63,424 bases of DNA, filler included, from Octopus bimaculoides (GCF_001194135.2; 9 parts of 9 records of this genome joined end to end with filler, not necessarily neighbours in it); one strand, 5' to 3'; positions 40,196-53,238 are shown, numbered from the whole stretch's first letter. Notes: generated from the sequence alone by a model not told the origin. Numbers and translations are program-made.

Positions 40196-40456
40196 CACTG
40201 TCACAGGAAGTAATTCTCCAGTTACACTGTCACAGGAAGTAATTCTCCAGTTACACTGTCACAGGAAGTAATTCTCCAGTTACACTGTCACAGGAAGTAA
40301 TTCTCCAGTTACACTGTCACAGGAAGTAATTCTCCAGTTACACTGTCACAGGAAGTAATTCTCCAGTTACACTGTCACAGGAAGTAATTCTCCAGTTACA
40401 CTGTCACAGGAAGTAATTCTCCAGTTACACTGTCACAGGAAGTAATTCTCCAGTTA
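40196..40456. repeat. Perfect 29-bp minisatellite, 9 copies
   Basis: (cactgtcacaggaagtaattctccagtta)x9 with no spacers. Confidence 0.95.
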
Positions 40457-40979
40457 CACAGCTGACTGTCTGGCACGTTCAGCAAACACTTATTAAAAGT
40501 CATCAGAACCCGTTTTACAATATAAAGTAGATGTATTGTTGAATTCCGTGTTTCAGAGTCTTTCTTTCACCAACACGTATCCATGTTCAAATTGGAAATC
40601 AAAGATATTTCTCACACATGCACTTACACATATTTTTCACTGTCATTTGCTCATTAAACTTTCTGGAATATTCTGTAGCACACAACGACCGTTCCACGTG
40701 TTTGCTTTCCGAATGTAATATTCGAAGAGTGGCTATATGTGAAGTCGTTTCTTTATTGCTGTATTTTTGTTTTGTTTTTTGTGGTCCGTCACGAGCCAGT
40801 TATCATTTTTATTGTTGTGAAATAAAATATTTTTATCAACGAAAAATACTCGCCTGTCATATTTCTCAAATACTTCTCTTTTCTCTACATCAACTTCAAC
40901 ACATAAAATTAATACTCAAATGGTTGACTCCGACTAAAGAAATTTTGATCGGCAACTGGCCCAGCTAATGATTAAAGAA

Positions 40980-42210
40980 AATTTAACAGCCGATTTACTA
41001 TGTTTTAAGATCTTTGCACTTTACAAGAACCTACCTTCAAACTAGGGTTTTCCTATTACACTATGTCTCTGGTTTTAACTATTTCTTTCAAATATACCAA
41101 GATTTACCACCGAAAATTGCCTCAAGTTTTCCTTCACCAGAGAAATGTTACTCTTAATCTCAAAATTCATCATCGACAAAATACACACCTCTAATCAGCG
41201 TATTTTCTTCACCTTCAGAAAGCAGACGACGCACCGATAAAATGGAGAAAAATCAGTTTTGGAAAAGAACTTCCAGCAGAACTGACACGAAATTGTATAG
41301 AAAGCAACATGAATCTGAAGCAGTTTATGTTGCTCATGCGAGCTGCATACATTAAATATAACCTTAAAAAAAAAAAAAAAACAAGTTTACAAAAACAACT
41401 TCTGAGCAGAAAAAAAACTGATGCAAAAGACTTTCAAGATATGCAATTTCAATCCATATTAATATTAATTCATTTACCTTTAAGAATCATTGCTGTTACA
41501 GACTTTCCCAGTGAATCTCAGAAATAATTAATATCTAAACAACCTTTTCTTTTTCTTTTTTCCAAGTTTGATAAACATGTTGATATTAAATTTCTTTTTT
41601 CTTGCTCCTGACAAATGAAGAATAAAAATATGAAGATTTGGCAAATTTTGTGAACCCGGTTGATTTTTTTTACACTGGCTTCCGAAATAATGATGTGTTC
41701 TTCAAACAATATCACCAGGTTTATTCCATCTTTGTAAAGTAGGGACACAGACTTGAATTTGCTTTTCTTACAATTCCTGAAATAATCACCAAGTTATTTC
41801 AGTTTTCTTAATCAAATTTTTCAACTTGTGATTTTCTTTTTTACTATTCAAAAATCTTTAATATGAAAGTTGCCAGTCATGTCATCAGCTTCGTTAAATA
41901 GTTTTAACAATCAATATCCACTTCTGATCAACAATGTTCGCAAATAAACTAGTCAAAACAAGCCAGAGATTTTTATCCATATCTTCAGCACGTTTAATAT
42001 ATTGACGGATTTCAGTTTGATTATTTTTATTTTACACTTGATAGATGTTTTTTAATGCTGTCGGAAGAGGTGTGGTAAAGCTACATAAATATACTGATGA
42101 AATGAAGGCGAGACTTGTTTTGTATTCTGGTATGAAGTCAATGCTGCTACAAATCCTCAGCAAGATGCTGCAGTTCTGTATTTCGACATGTACCCTTTGT
42201 CTATTCATCC
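40980..42210 (+). pseudogene. Possible decayed TLR-like remnant
   Basis: Fragments DLPPKIASSFPSPEKCYS, INSFTFKN, CSSNNITRF, hydrophobic LIIFILHLIDVF, then KYTDE...LQFCI (TIR-like) in the expected order; heavily disrupted. Confidence 0.35.
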
Positions 42211-42579
42211 CCTATTAATATTGTTAACTTTATCACTTTAACTAATTTTAACATTATATTTTTCAATCTCTACGATCCAGCTTTTTCAATTTTCTACCTT
42301 TGAAGTTACCTTAATTTTTATCTGGCAATTCTTAAATTTACTCACAGATCATACAATTATTTTGTATTTTCTCAATTTTACCAATTCCCAAACAATAATT
42401 TTCATTATATTTTATATTATTGAATTGGACTGCTTATATACAGTCCACTTCTGGACGAAAGCCTCAGCATGTTTTCTCCATCTAGCACGGTTAGCACCTC
42501 TTTCTTCTGACACATAGAAAAGAAGAATATGGCAACATCGTTATCTCTTTGGATTTGGAATTTGAAAATATCCTTCTGT

Positions 42580-42760
42580 TTATTTCCATATCAAATGGAA
42601 GATCCTAAAGGAGTGCAGACAATATATAAATAGATGAGAGAAAAGCATAGCTGAGAAGAGTTCCACACGGTTAGCACGGTCTGATGAGGAGGCCGTGAAT
42701 TTGCGCTTGAGGCGATACTGGTTTTGATGAGCCTGCTTTTCCACACTGGTATGACATGGC
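42580..42760 (-). mobile_element. Probable CR1-like LINE 3' fragment
   Basis: Minus strand ...atcagacc..accgtgtggaactct.. resembles the FF.RT..LWNSLP motif after frameshift correction. Confidence 0.3.
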
Positions 42761-43098
42761 TTGGTTGAAGATGCAGATTTTTATACTCTTGTGCAAGAGT
42801 AGTTAAGACCCGCTTTGCCGTGTTGAATAGTATTTTTTTTTCAATATGCGTGGGATTGAAAGAACGAAAATTTTAAGTTTTGATTCATAGAAAAGATATG
42901 CTTTATCTTGTTTTCACCTTTGATAATATGTGTCCAAAAATGGCAGTTCTTTGTGTATTATTCTGTTGTAAATTTCGTGAGGTATCTAGCTTATTAAGGA
43001 GGAATAGAAAATTCCTAGGCCTTTTTGATTTTTGTTCCAGAAGATGAAACATCTATCAAAATACCGTTTCCAGTTGTTCTTCATGTAAATGGAGAATT

Positions 43099-43271
43099 TG
43101 GGTCAAGTCCAATGTTAAGAATTGATTATCATTTTAAACTGTATGGGACAAAACCGCTTCATGTTTTTTTTTCTTTCTGTTTTTTTTTCTTGTTTCTTTA
43201 AAGCGAAGGTTACATATTTCTACCCATACAGTTTAAGATGATAACCAATTGTTAATATTGTATTTGACCCA
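43099..43271. repeat. Imperfect inverted repeat (about 49-bp arms), MITE-like
   Basis: tgggtcaagtccaatgttaagaattgattatcattttaaactgtatggg vs cccatacagtttaagatgataaccaattgttaatattgtatttgaccca. Confidence 0.65.
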
Positions 43272-43560
43272 GATGCTTTGAATTATGAATTACTTAGGGA
43301 CCAGAATCGAAACATGTAGGTTTTTTCAGTTTCTTTTGTACGTTATTAACATGTATTTGTTTCTGAATTTTAACTTCAAACTGTGATACAAATAAATTAA
43401 CTATACATCCACAACTCTCCATTTTCTTACCCTATTAATAATAATAATAATAATATATATNNNNNNNNNNNNNNNNNNNNNNNNNNNNNNNNNNNNNNNN
43501 NNNNTTAATTAATTAANNNNNNNNNNNNNNNNNNNNNNNNNNNNNNNNNNNNNNNNNNNN

Positions 43561-43837
43561 TGTACCCTTAACGTAGTTCTCGGGGATATTCAGCGTGACA
43601 CAGAGTGTGACAAGGCTGACCCTTTGAATTACAGGCACAACAGAAACAGGAAGAAAGAGTGAGAGAAAGTTGTGGTGGAAGAGTACAGCAGGGCTCGCCA
43701 CCATCCCCTGCCGGAGCCTCGTGGAACTTTTAGGTCTTTTCGCTCAATAAACACTCACAACGCCCGGTCTGGGAATCGAAACCGTGATCCTACGACTGCG
43801 AGTCCGCTGCCCTAACCACTGGGCCATTGCGCCTCCA
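43561..43837 (-). mobile_element. Young tRNA-SINE family C, truncated by a gap
   Basis: Near-identical to 46250-46529; head ggaggcgcaatggcccagtggttagggcagcggactcg...ggtttcgattcccag. Confidence 0.85.
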
Positions 43838-43849
43838 TTTACTAAAATT

Positions 43850-44580
43850 ATGAAGGCGGCAATGACAGAACTGTTAGTGCGTAGGATTAGACACCTAAGA
43901 GAATTTCGGTTTTCTTTCGTTCGGAGTTCAAATCACGTCGAGGTCAACTTTGCATGTCATCCTATCGGACCAATCAAGTACTCAAATAAACCCTTCCGCC
44001 TTGAATTGCTAACCTTGTGCCAAAATTTGAAGCAATTGAAAGGCGTCGAGATAGTAGAATCGTGAGCGAGTCGGACGAAATTCTTGAAGGCATTTCTTCC
44101 CGCTTTATACGTTCGAAGTTCAAATTCCACCGAGGTTGACTTTGCCTTTTATCTTCGGGATCAATGAAATAAAGTACTGGGGTCGATGCAGTGGACTTAC
44201 CATATCCCCCAAAATTGCTGGCCTTGTGCCAAAATTTGAAACCATTAATTATAAAACTAAAGGCGGCATGCTGGCAGAGACATTTGCACGCTGAACAAAA
44301 TATTTTTCAGCATTTTTCCCGGCTTTACGTTCTAAGTTTACGTTCTGTTCAAGTAGACTTTGCCTTTCATCCTTTGGGAATCGATGAAATAAATACCAGT
44401 CACGTACTGGATCGATGAAATCGATTTACCCCGTGCCCCAAAATTGCTGACCTTGTGCCAAAATTTGAAACCGTTATTTTCTGGTTTTATATTCTAGGTT
44501 CAAGTTCTGCTGAGGGCAACTTTGCGTTTCATTCTTTCGGGATCGATGAAATAAGTACCATTTGAACACTGTGGCCTCAA
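43850..44580 (+). mobile_element. Four head-to-tail diverged SINE family B copies
   Basis: aaggcg heads at about 43853, 44040 and 44260, plus a partial copy at about 44495; the first three end in ccttgtgccaaaatttgaa. Confidence 0.8.
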
Positions 44581-45249
44581 AATACCAAGGGTTGAAAGCA
44601 TTTGTAGTGAAACCTCTCTCTCCGGTATTTCTCTATCTTTGTGTAGACCGAGCGACACGTTTAAAGGAGTTTTCTTCTCGTTTGTCGCCATCTCCTTTGG
44701 TTCGCACAGTCGTTCTCTACACATTTTTCTAAAAATTAAAACTTATATGAACGGAAATGGTTTCATTTTAATCGTTAAATTTTCTAAATACGTTTTGCCT
44801 CTAGTGGTAAATTTGTTATTAAAGGGAAGAGAACACTGATTTGTAAAAAGAAAATTACGAAGTCAGATTCTTTTTTCTAATATAAACATTATTTATTGCA
44901 ACTAATGAATGTTCAATCGTTTATTTTCCGTATTATTTCTGACGTAATTGTAAATGTTGACTAGATCCAAACTGCATACCAGTAGAAATAGTTTTATCTT
45001 TAGCGTTGAACTCGGTTTAATCTTGCTGTGCATCGATTTGGGACTTAAAGCAACAACAGTATCATCATGAAGAAGAAGAAGAAGAACAACAACAATAACG
45101 GCTATAAGAACATCGATAGCAGCAACTACAGCAGCAGCAGAAGAATTTAATAAGGCAAGACAAAAGACACTTTTCAACTGAAATATCGAAGTTTTGATCA
45201 TTATTGCAGTAATATTGAATTTTGATTAAAACGAAAACGAAGCATCATC

Positions 45250-45600
45250 GGGATTTCTATAAGGAATCCATTTATAATTGTTTGCAATTGGTGTACGAAG
45301 ATTCTTCTGATGCAGCTTGAAAGCCACGATAATCGCATTAGCGATTGTAACTGTAGTCTTTCATATTTCTTCGTTATATTTCGGTTATATCTACAAATCC
45401 TGATGTCATTAGGTGAAAATCATTTTAATCTGTGATGTTCATTGAATTTCATTGCCTGTAAGGCATAGCCCACAGTTATCTCCGCATTAGTAATGCACTC
45501 TCTAGGGAAGCTTTAATGCTTTCTTTGTTCATCCGAAATACAACTTGTACGGGGGTCTTATAAAACTATTACTCTAATGCAAATAATTCATTATAAACGC
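45250..45600 (+). pseudogene. Possible TLR-like remnant (LRR-CT, TM, TIR start)
   Basis: RNPFIIVCNW; ATIIALAIVTVVFHISSLYFGYIYKS*CH*VKIIL; SFNAFFVHP (compare YDAFISY). Confidence 0.35.
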
Positions 45601-45624
45601 TATTCATCAACTAATGATATTTTC

Positions 45625-45810
45625 TTGTTTCAGTCGTTAGACTGCGGCCATGTTGGGGCGCCGCCTTGAAGAATTTTAGTCGGATGATTTGACTCCAGTA
45701 GTTATATTTTTAAAAATACTGGTACTTATTCTAGCTGTCTCTTTTGCCGAATCGCTAACCTACAGGGACATAAACACACCGCCACCGGTTGTCAAGCGAT
45801 GGTGGAAGAC
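45625..45810 (-). mobile_element. SINE family A, 3' part
   Basis: cttgtttcagtcgttagactgcggccatgttggggcgccgccttgaag...cttttgccgaatcgctaacctacagggacataaacacacc. Confidence 0.75.
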
Positions 45811-46134
45811 GGATCTTTGTGGTTGTCGTCACTGTCTACAATTTTGTTCCAATTGTTTTCAAATTTGGTATATGGATTAAGTTTTGTATACTAATTATGA
45901 AAATAAAATTCATTCCCCATATAAATTAATAATCAAAAAGTTATTAGCCCTTCAAAATTTGCAAAATTTGGGTATTTTAGCCAATCAGAAGCGAGTATTT
46001 TACACATCACCGTGAAGTTCTTGTTAGCATATTAAGCAAAGAAGCACCACATGTTCCAAAGCTGATTGAGAAGAACTCTGTTTCCGTATTACGGTATTTG
46101 ATTTCTTCAAGAGCTCACTTTGTGATTGGTCCTT

Positions 46135-46529
46135 ATTGTTGTTGTTGTTGGCACTCCGTCGCTTACGACGTCAAGGGTTCCAGTTGATCCGATCAACGGA
46201 ACAGCCTGCTCGTGAAATTAACGTGCAAGTGGCTGAGCACTCCACAGACACGTGTACCCTTAACGTAGTTTTCAGGGGATATTCAGCGTGACACAGTGTG
46301 ACAAGGCTGACCCTTTGAATTACAGGCACAACAGAAACAGGAAGTAAGAGTGAGAGAAAGTTGTGGTGAAAGAGTACAGCAGGGTTCGCCACCATCCCCT
46401 GCCGGAGCCTCGTGGAGCTTTTAGGTCTTTTCGCTCAATAAACACTCACAACGCCCGGTCTGGGAATCGAAACCGCGATCCTATGACCACGAGTCCGCTG
46501 CCCTAACCACTGGGCCATTGCGCTTCCAC
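46135..46529 (-). mobile_element. Full-length young tRNA-SINE family C with an RTE-like 3' tail and (AAC)n end
   Basis: tRNA head at 46529; 3' ggcactccgtcgcttacgacg...gatccgatcaacggaacagcctgctcgtg; (gtt)n tail. Confidence 0.85.
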
Positions 46530-46578
46530 TAGGACCAGTGAATAGAAATAATACCAACAATGCAGGCGACTGTATTCT

Positions 46579-46870
46579 CTACAGTAAAAGGTAGAGAAAA
46601 TCAAGAAAATACGTGATAGTAGAAGCATCGCTGCTGTCGGCTGTGAGTTCGGTGTCAATGAATCTATCATTCATTCAGTTTACAAAGTTTGTAGAGATGA
46701 TTCATTTATCGCCGGATTGTTTTGCACCAATCCCCCTTTACTTAGAAAGTAGAGGGAAAATAGTATGGCTGTGCATTAATTCTGGATTAGGAAGAACCAG
46801 TGTATGAGAAAGAGACATTTTCTTCTGGAAGAATACAATCCCGCAAGACGCAGGAAGAATTGAACAGTGG
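46579..46870 (+). mobile_element. pogo/Tigger transposase N-terminal HTH fragment
   Basis: KVEKIKKIRDSRSIAAVGCEFGVNESIIHSVYK resembles the CENP-B/psq-type HTH ...SYAAVGR.YGVNESTIR.I.K. Confidence 0.7.
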
Positions 46871-46904
46871 CAATAAAGAAATAAATCGTTATCTTTCATC
46901 TTAT

Positions 46905-47275
46905 ACTTGTTTCAAGTCGTTGAACTGTGGCCAGGCTGAGGCATCACCTTGAAGAGTTTCAGTCACACAAATCATTCCTAGAACTTATTTTTTAAAGTGT
47001 AGTATTTATTCTATGGGTCTCTTTTGTTGAATCGCGAAGTTACAAGGAGAATAAACAAATCAATATCAATTGTCAAGCGGTATTTCTCGGGTAAGACGCA
47101 AACACAACGACATGCCACACACACATGTGCGCGAGCGCTCACATACGACGGGCTTCTTTCAGTTTCCGTCTATCAAATCCACTCACAAGGCTTTGGTCAG
47201 CTCGGAGCTATAGTAGAAGAAATTTGACCAGGGTGCCTTGCAGTGGGGAGTGAATTCGAAACCCCGTGGTTGGGA
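46905..47275 (-). mobile_element. SINE family A
   Basis: cttgtttcaagtcgttg...gacgggcttctttcagtttccgtctatcaaatccactcacaaggctttggtc...ctatagtagaaga. Confidence 0.8.
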
Positions 47276-47865
47276 TAATTTTAAAGCTTTGACTATGAAA
47301 ACTGAATTTATGATTCGGCCCTGAATAAATCTGTCTCTTCAGAGCACAGATTTTAAAAATCTATTTCAATGAACCTGAAAGTATCTACAAGATTTTTACA
47401 GTGTATTTTATTTCACACCTAATATTGCCTTTGCGTATCCAACAATTCTATGAACCTTTAAGATGAAGTTTTTACTATCAGAAACCTTTCTTTTATGGTT
47501 AAAAGACCATTCCAGTGGGTTTTACAGCCAAGTAAAAGTGTAATTCCTTTCCATATTCACACGTAATAAAATCTTTTAATTGTTCATTTTTTTAAAGAGA
47601 AATTAACGAAGAATTTTACACATTTTTCTGTTTTTCAAATTCGCTGACTTAAAGTTTTCTTGATTATCGAATTGTCTATTACCCACTGAGATCGCACACA
47701 TATATATACACATATACACATATACATATACACATACACACAGACACGAGCGTACCCCCACCCACGTACGCACACATATAACACACTATCACATACAAAC
47801 ACACCTCCGTGCGCACACAGATTCAGACACTAACCCAAACACATATTCACACACAAATACACACA

Positions 47866-47896
<31 letters not shown>

Positions 47897-48106
47897 GCAC
47901 ATACACACGATTCCATAGTCCCTATATTCCAACAACCGAGCTAAGGATATATTGTACATCGTTGTATGTATATTCTGTATTAGCAACAGAAGCAATATTA
48001 ATTCAAAAGAGCATTCTGGAAATCATACTTAACGCAGATATACTGTTGAAAGCCTGGAAACTGCGGTAGTCGTCTCGAGAAAGCATCTTGGCTAAATCTA
48101 TCTTGG

Positions 48107-48138
<32 letters not shown>

Positions 48139-48257
48139 TGAGAGGGAGAGAGAGAGCGAAAGAGAAAGAGAGAGTGAGAGAGAGAGAGAGAGAAAGAGAA
48201 AGAAACTGTGTGACTATATACATATATATGTATGTGTATACATACATACATACATAC

Positions 48258-48354
<97 letters not shown>

Positions 48355-48364
48355 TTATATATTA

Positions 48365-48610
48365 TATAGCAATAAGAAAATGGAGGGGGAATAAGTGGTA
48401 TTCATCAACTTACAAACATTGTATTGTGTCAATTTACCTGTTTATTTGTTTATTAAAAGGACAATAATAACAATATACAAACACATGTGACATATTATGT
48501 CATATCAGTAATTAAAAAAGGACATATAGTGACAGATTCCATTTTCTGTTACTATGTCTGCAAGTTGATGAATACCACCTATTAATCCCCTCCATTTTCT
48601 TGTTGCCATA
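48365..48610. mobile_element. MITE with about 50-bp TIRs
   Basis: aagaaaatggagggggaataagtggtattcatcaactt / aagttgatgaataccacctattaatcccctccattttctt, flanked by tata. Confidence 0.75.
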
Positions 48611-49124
48611 TAAATTAATGGTAAAATATCTTTTTACCCGCACCCATTTATTGCACTTGGTAATACAAAGAAAAAACACTAGTGTAATAATAATTGGGTA
48701 TTCTTCCGGCAGTATATTGGATAGATATTATCCCTTAGTGGGTTGGATTCACAACCCCTAACTTTCTTGGGTTTATATATATATTATATATACACATATA
48801 TATACACATACATGAACACTCATATATATGCTTATGTATTTATGTTTGTATCAACATATAACAATCTAATGTATTAACATACCTGGGTATTTGTCTCAAT
48901 GTTGATTGTACGCTTGTACCGTAACAGCTTGAGATATGAGGAAACATACCGTTATAGATGGAGCCACAAGGAAATAATTCATCAAAGAAATTTTTATTCA
49001 ATGAACAAATAACAGATTTCTTAGAAAAATAATATAAAAAATGAAATAAACAAAAATATAATGCTTTAGATTTTCGGTCCATACCTTGTAATTTTAGTGT
49101 ATCATTCTAAGCATCTAATAAGCT

Positions 49125-49505
49125 GACCTGCCAAATTTTGTCTTCCAACCATATGGTTCCGGTTTCAGTCCCACTGCGTGACACCTTGGGCAAGTGTCTT
49201 CTGCTATAGCCTCGGGCAGACCAAAGTCTTGTGAGTGGATTTGGTAGACGGAAACTGAAAGAAGCCTCGTCGAATATATAATGTGTGGGTGTAGGTGTGT
49301 CTTTGTGCTTGTGTTTGTACTCCAGCCGGTATTGGTGTGTTTACATCCCCATAACTTAGCGGTTCGACAAAAGAAGCCTATAGAACAAGTACTAGGCTTA
49401 CAAAGAACAAGTCGTGGGATCGATTCCTTCGACTAAAAAAAAACCCCTTTAAGGTGGTGCTCCAGCATGACCGGAGTGAAATGAATGAAACCAGTAAACG
49501 AATAC
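49125..49505 (+). mobile_element. SINE family A
   Basis: ccaaccatatggttccggtttcagtcccactgcgtgacaccttgggcaagtgtc...ggtggtgctccagcatgacc. Confidence 0.85.
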
Positions 49506-50270
49506 AAGAACAAAGGAATATATATATATATATGTATGTTTGTTTCTAAATCTTTTGTGTCTTGGCTATATTCATCTTGTTGCAGTTATTGCTACTGAAA
49601 CCGTAATAATTGTTATTGTTGGCAGGCGACCCATATTATTATAAGTCATTTGATGTTCTCAGCTTAATAATAATAAGACAAAAAGCTGTTTGGAACAATA
49701 TTTCTGTCCAAGTGTTCGAACAGATTTTATCATTTAGAAGAAACCCTTCATATTTAGGAATATGTAACCAACCATCTACTATGGACGAAAACCTTTGTGT
49801 GTTTTCCATTTTGTATGATCCGATGCAACGTAAATGAAGAAACAAAAATCAAGACAAAGAAAAAAAAAAGAAGAATGGAGCAAAACAAAACAGCTTGGCT
49901 ATTCCTTATTGAGTGGCTTGATTTCCTCTGCATTTTTACTTTTCTTCTTTTCGTCTTTCTTCAACCATGCTTCCACATCGGCGATAGTCTGGGGCAACTG
50001 CCTGCCACGACTTTCTGGTAAGAAGAGAATAAGTAGGTTGGCGATGAAACATCCGGCGGAAAATATGACGGCAGGTCCCCAGGGAATTATTTCAACCTAA
50101 AATGAATAAATAAAAAAGATAAATAGAATAAATATAAAATTTAAAATATCGGCAAAAACAAAAGAAAAAANNNNNNNNNNNNNNNNNNNNNNNNNNNNNN
50201 NNNNNNNNNNNNNNTTAATTAATTAANNNNNNNNNNNNNNNNNNNNNNNNNNNNNNNNNNNNNNNNNNNN

Positions 50271-50640
50271 AAAGACATAGAATTTAATTAAATTAAAACA
50301 GATGGACACATAAGTATAATCTTACCTAAAATTTCCAAGGTAAAGAGATAGACAAAAAACATGCTGTCTTCACTTCAGCTTAGAAGCTACGAAGGTATCA
50401 GAAAGAAAGACTTGTTACATATTTTGTTTGTCACTGTTTTATAGGGTCAATTTTAATTTCAGACTAGTTTGAAACAGTGGCAAGCAAAATCTGTAACAAG
50501 TCTTTCTTCCTGATACCTTCGTAGCTTCTAAGCTGAAGTGGAGACAGCATGTTCTTTGTCTATCTCCTTACCTTCTTGGAGATTTTAGGTCAAATTATAC
50601 TGTGTCCATCTGTTTTAATTTAATTAAATTATATGTATTT
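50271..50640. repeat. Long inverted repeat (about 168-bp arms, 32-bp spacer)
   Basis: 50271-50439 is the reverse complement of 50472-50640 at roughly 90% identity by eye. Confidence 0.9.
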
Positions 50641-50789
50641 ATGCAGCTGAGGATTGCTCTGCATTTAAATTGATGCAATGATTGCATTGTTCAATTAAAT
50701 GGAGTTGCTTGACTTGATCATACTGCATTACCTCTGGATATCCTTGTTGCTTATTTTGATTATATACATACATATATATATATACACAC

Positions 50790-50915
50790 ACACGTCTACC
50801 AAATCCACTCACAAGGCTCTATTAGAAGACAAATGTCCAAGGTGTCATGTAGTGGGAGTGGACTCGATACCACTTGGTGGGAAAGTAGATTTCTTACCAC
50901 GCAGCCATGCCCGCT
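50790..50915 (-). mobile_element. SINE family A head
   Basis: gtctaccaaatccactcacaaggc...ccaaggtgtcatgtagtggga...cttaccacgcagccatgccc. Confidence 0.7.
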
Positions 50916-51244
50916 TCTACTGCACACTTACGTTTTGAGTTCTTTTATTTATCGCTCATAGACACACACATTAATACACAAATATACAGAGAAATGAATA
51001 AAAAGCAAGATAGACAGTGATATTTATATCCTCCGCCTATCGTATTCTATGATATAGTTTGTTCTATTTAAAATGCCGCTATTTAATCTATTCCGACACA
51101 GATCTCCGATACATTCAACTCGATATAGATTCCGTTTACAGCACTTGAGACATTATATGTAGCAATAGAAGCACATTTTTATTGTTGGACATCTTTCTGG
51201 GTCAACCGATTTCATCAGTATACGAGCGTATATGGCTGGACGCA

Positions 51245-51292
<48 letters not shown>

Positions 51293-51575
51293 GATCGATC
51301 GATCTATCTCCCCATCTATATATCTATCTATCTATCTATCTATCTCTCTCTCTATATATCGATCTCTCTATCTGTATATCTATATAGGATAGCTAAATAG
51401 ATAGATACATAGATGGATAGTTAGATACATATATATATAGATATATTGATATGCATATATACATAAATATATAAATATATGCATATATATATATGTGTGT
51501 GTGTGTATATATGTATATGTGTGTGTATATATGTATATATGTATCTATATGTATATATGTATGTGTGTGTATATG

Positions 51576-51606
<31 letters not shown>

Positions 51607-52823
51607 NNNNNNNNNNNNNNNNNNNNNNNNNNNNNNNNNNNNNNNNNNNNNNNNNNNNNNNNNNNNNNNNNNNNNNNNNNNNNNNNNNNNNNNNNNNNNN
51701 NNNNNNNNNNNNNNNNNNNNNNNNNNNNNNNNNNNNNNNNNNNNNNNNNNNNNNNNNNNNNNNNNNNNNNNNNNNNNNNNNNNNNNNNNNNNNNNNNNNN
51801 NNNNNNNNNNNNNNNNNNNNNNNNNNNNNNNNNNNNNNNNNNNNNNNNNNNNNNNNNNNNNNNNNNNNNNNNNNNNNNNNNNNNNNNNNNNNNNNNNNNN
51901 NNNNNNNNNNNNNNNNNNNNNNNNNNNNNNNNNNNNNNNNNNNNNNNNNNNNNNNNNNNNNNNNNNNNNNNNNNNNNNNNNNNNNNNNNNNNNNNNNNNN
52001 NNNNNNNNNNNNNNNNNNNNNNNNNNNNNNNNNNNNNNNNNNNNNNNNNNNNNNNNNNNNNNNNNNNNNNNNNNNNNNNNNNNNNNNNNNNNNNNNNNNN
52101 NNNNNNNNNNNNNNNNNNNNNNNNNNNNNNNNNNNNNNNNNNNNNNNNNNNNNNNNNNNNNNNNNNNNNNNNNNNNNNNNNNNNNNNNNNNNNNNNNNNN
52201 NNNNNNNNNNNNNNNNNNNNNNNNNNNNNNNNNNNNNNNNNNNNNNNNNNNNNNNNNNNNNNNNNNNNNNNNNNNNNNNNNNNNNNNNNNNNNNNNNNNN
52301 NNNNNNNNNNNNNNNNNNNNNNNNNNNNNNNNNNNNNNNNNNNNNNNNNNNNNNNNNNNNNNNNNNNNNNNNNNNNNNNNNNNNNNNNNNNNNNNNNNNN
52401 NNNNNNNNNNNNNNNNNNNNNNNNNNNNNNNNNNNNNNNNNNNNNNNNNTATATATATATATATATATATATATTTACGACGATGTAAAGTGTTCAGTTG
52501 CAAAACTATTACTCATGGTTCATCAAACGGAACAAAAGACGCCAATAATAATTATACTAATACTAATATTGCTGCTTCTACTCCTTCTGCTGCATCTGTT
52601 GCTTCTGCTGCTGCTACTTAGTAGCAGTAGTAGTAGTAGTAGTAGTAATAAAAGAAGGACATTTTAAATAAGTACAAAAGTCTGAATATTGACCCCTCAC
52701 ACACTCACACATGTACAAACGTATAGTTTCGTAAAATTTGTTTATGTATACACACACATACACGTAAATACGCACAACTATTTACGCACACACGGAGTCA
52801 TCTATATACGTACATAGATACCC

Positions 52824-52867
<44 letters not shown>

Positions 52868-52967
52868 NNNNNNNNNNNNNNNNNNNNNNNNNNNNNNNNN
52901 NNNNNNNNNNNTTAATTAATTAANNNNNNNNNNNNNNNNNNNNNNNNNNNNNNNNNNNNNNNNNNNN

Positions 52968-53016
<49 letters not shown>

Positions 53017-53018
53017 TA

Positions 53019-53202
53019 GGCGCAGGAGTGGGTGTGTGGTAAGTAGCTTGCTTACCAACCACATGGTTCCGGTTCAGTCCCACTGCGTGGTACCTTGGGC
53101 AAGTGTCTTCTACTATAGCCTCGGGCCGACCAAAGCCTTGTGGGTGGATTTGGTAGACAGAAACCGAAAGAACCCGTCGTATATATGTATATATATATAT
53201 AT

Positions 53203-53238
<36 letters not shown>

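Noticed and set aside
40196-40456. CRISPR-like 29-bp repeat
   Set aside because: No spacers, no cas genes, eukaryotic context.
42680-42720. CTGATGAG hammerhead-like core
   Set aside because: No GAAA or stem III; better explained as the antisense of a LINE fragment.
46440-46529. tRNA genes (also at about 43750, 53019 and 11440)
   Set aside because: The tRNA-like heads continue into SINE bodies shared among copies, with no complete cloverleaf.
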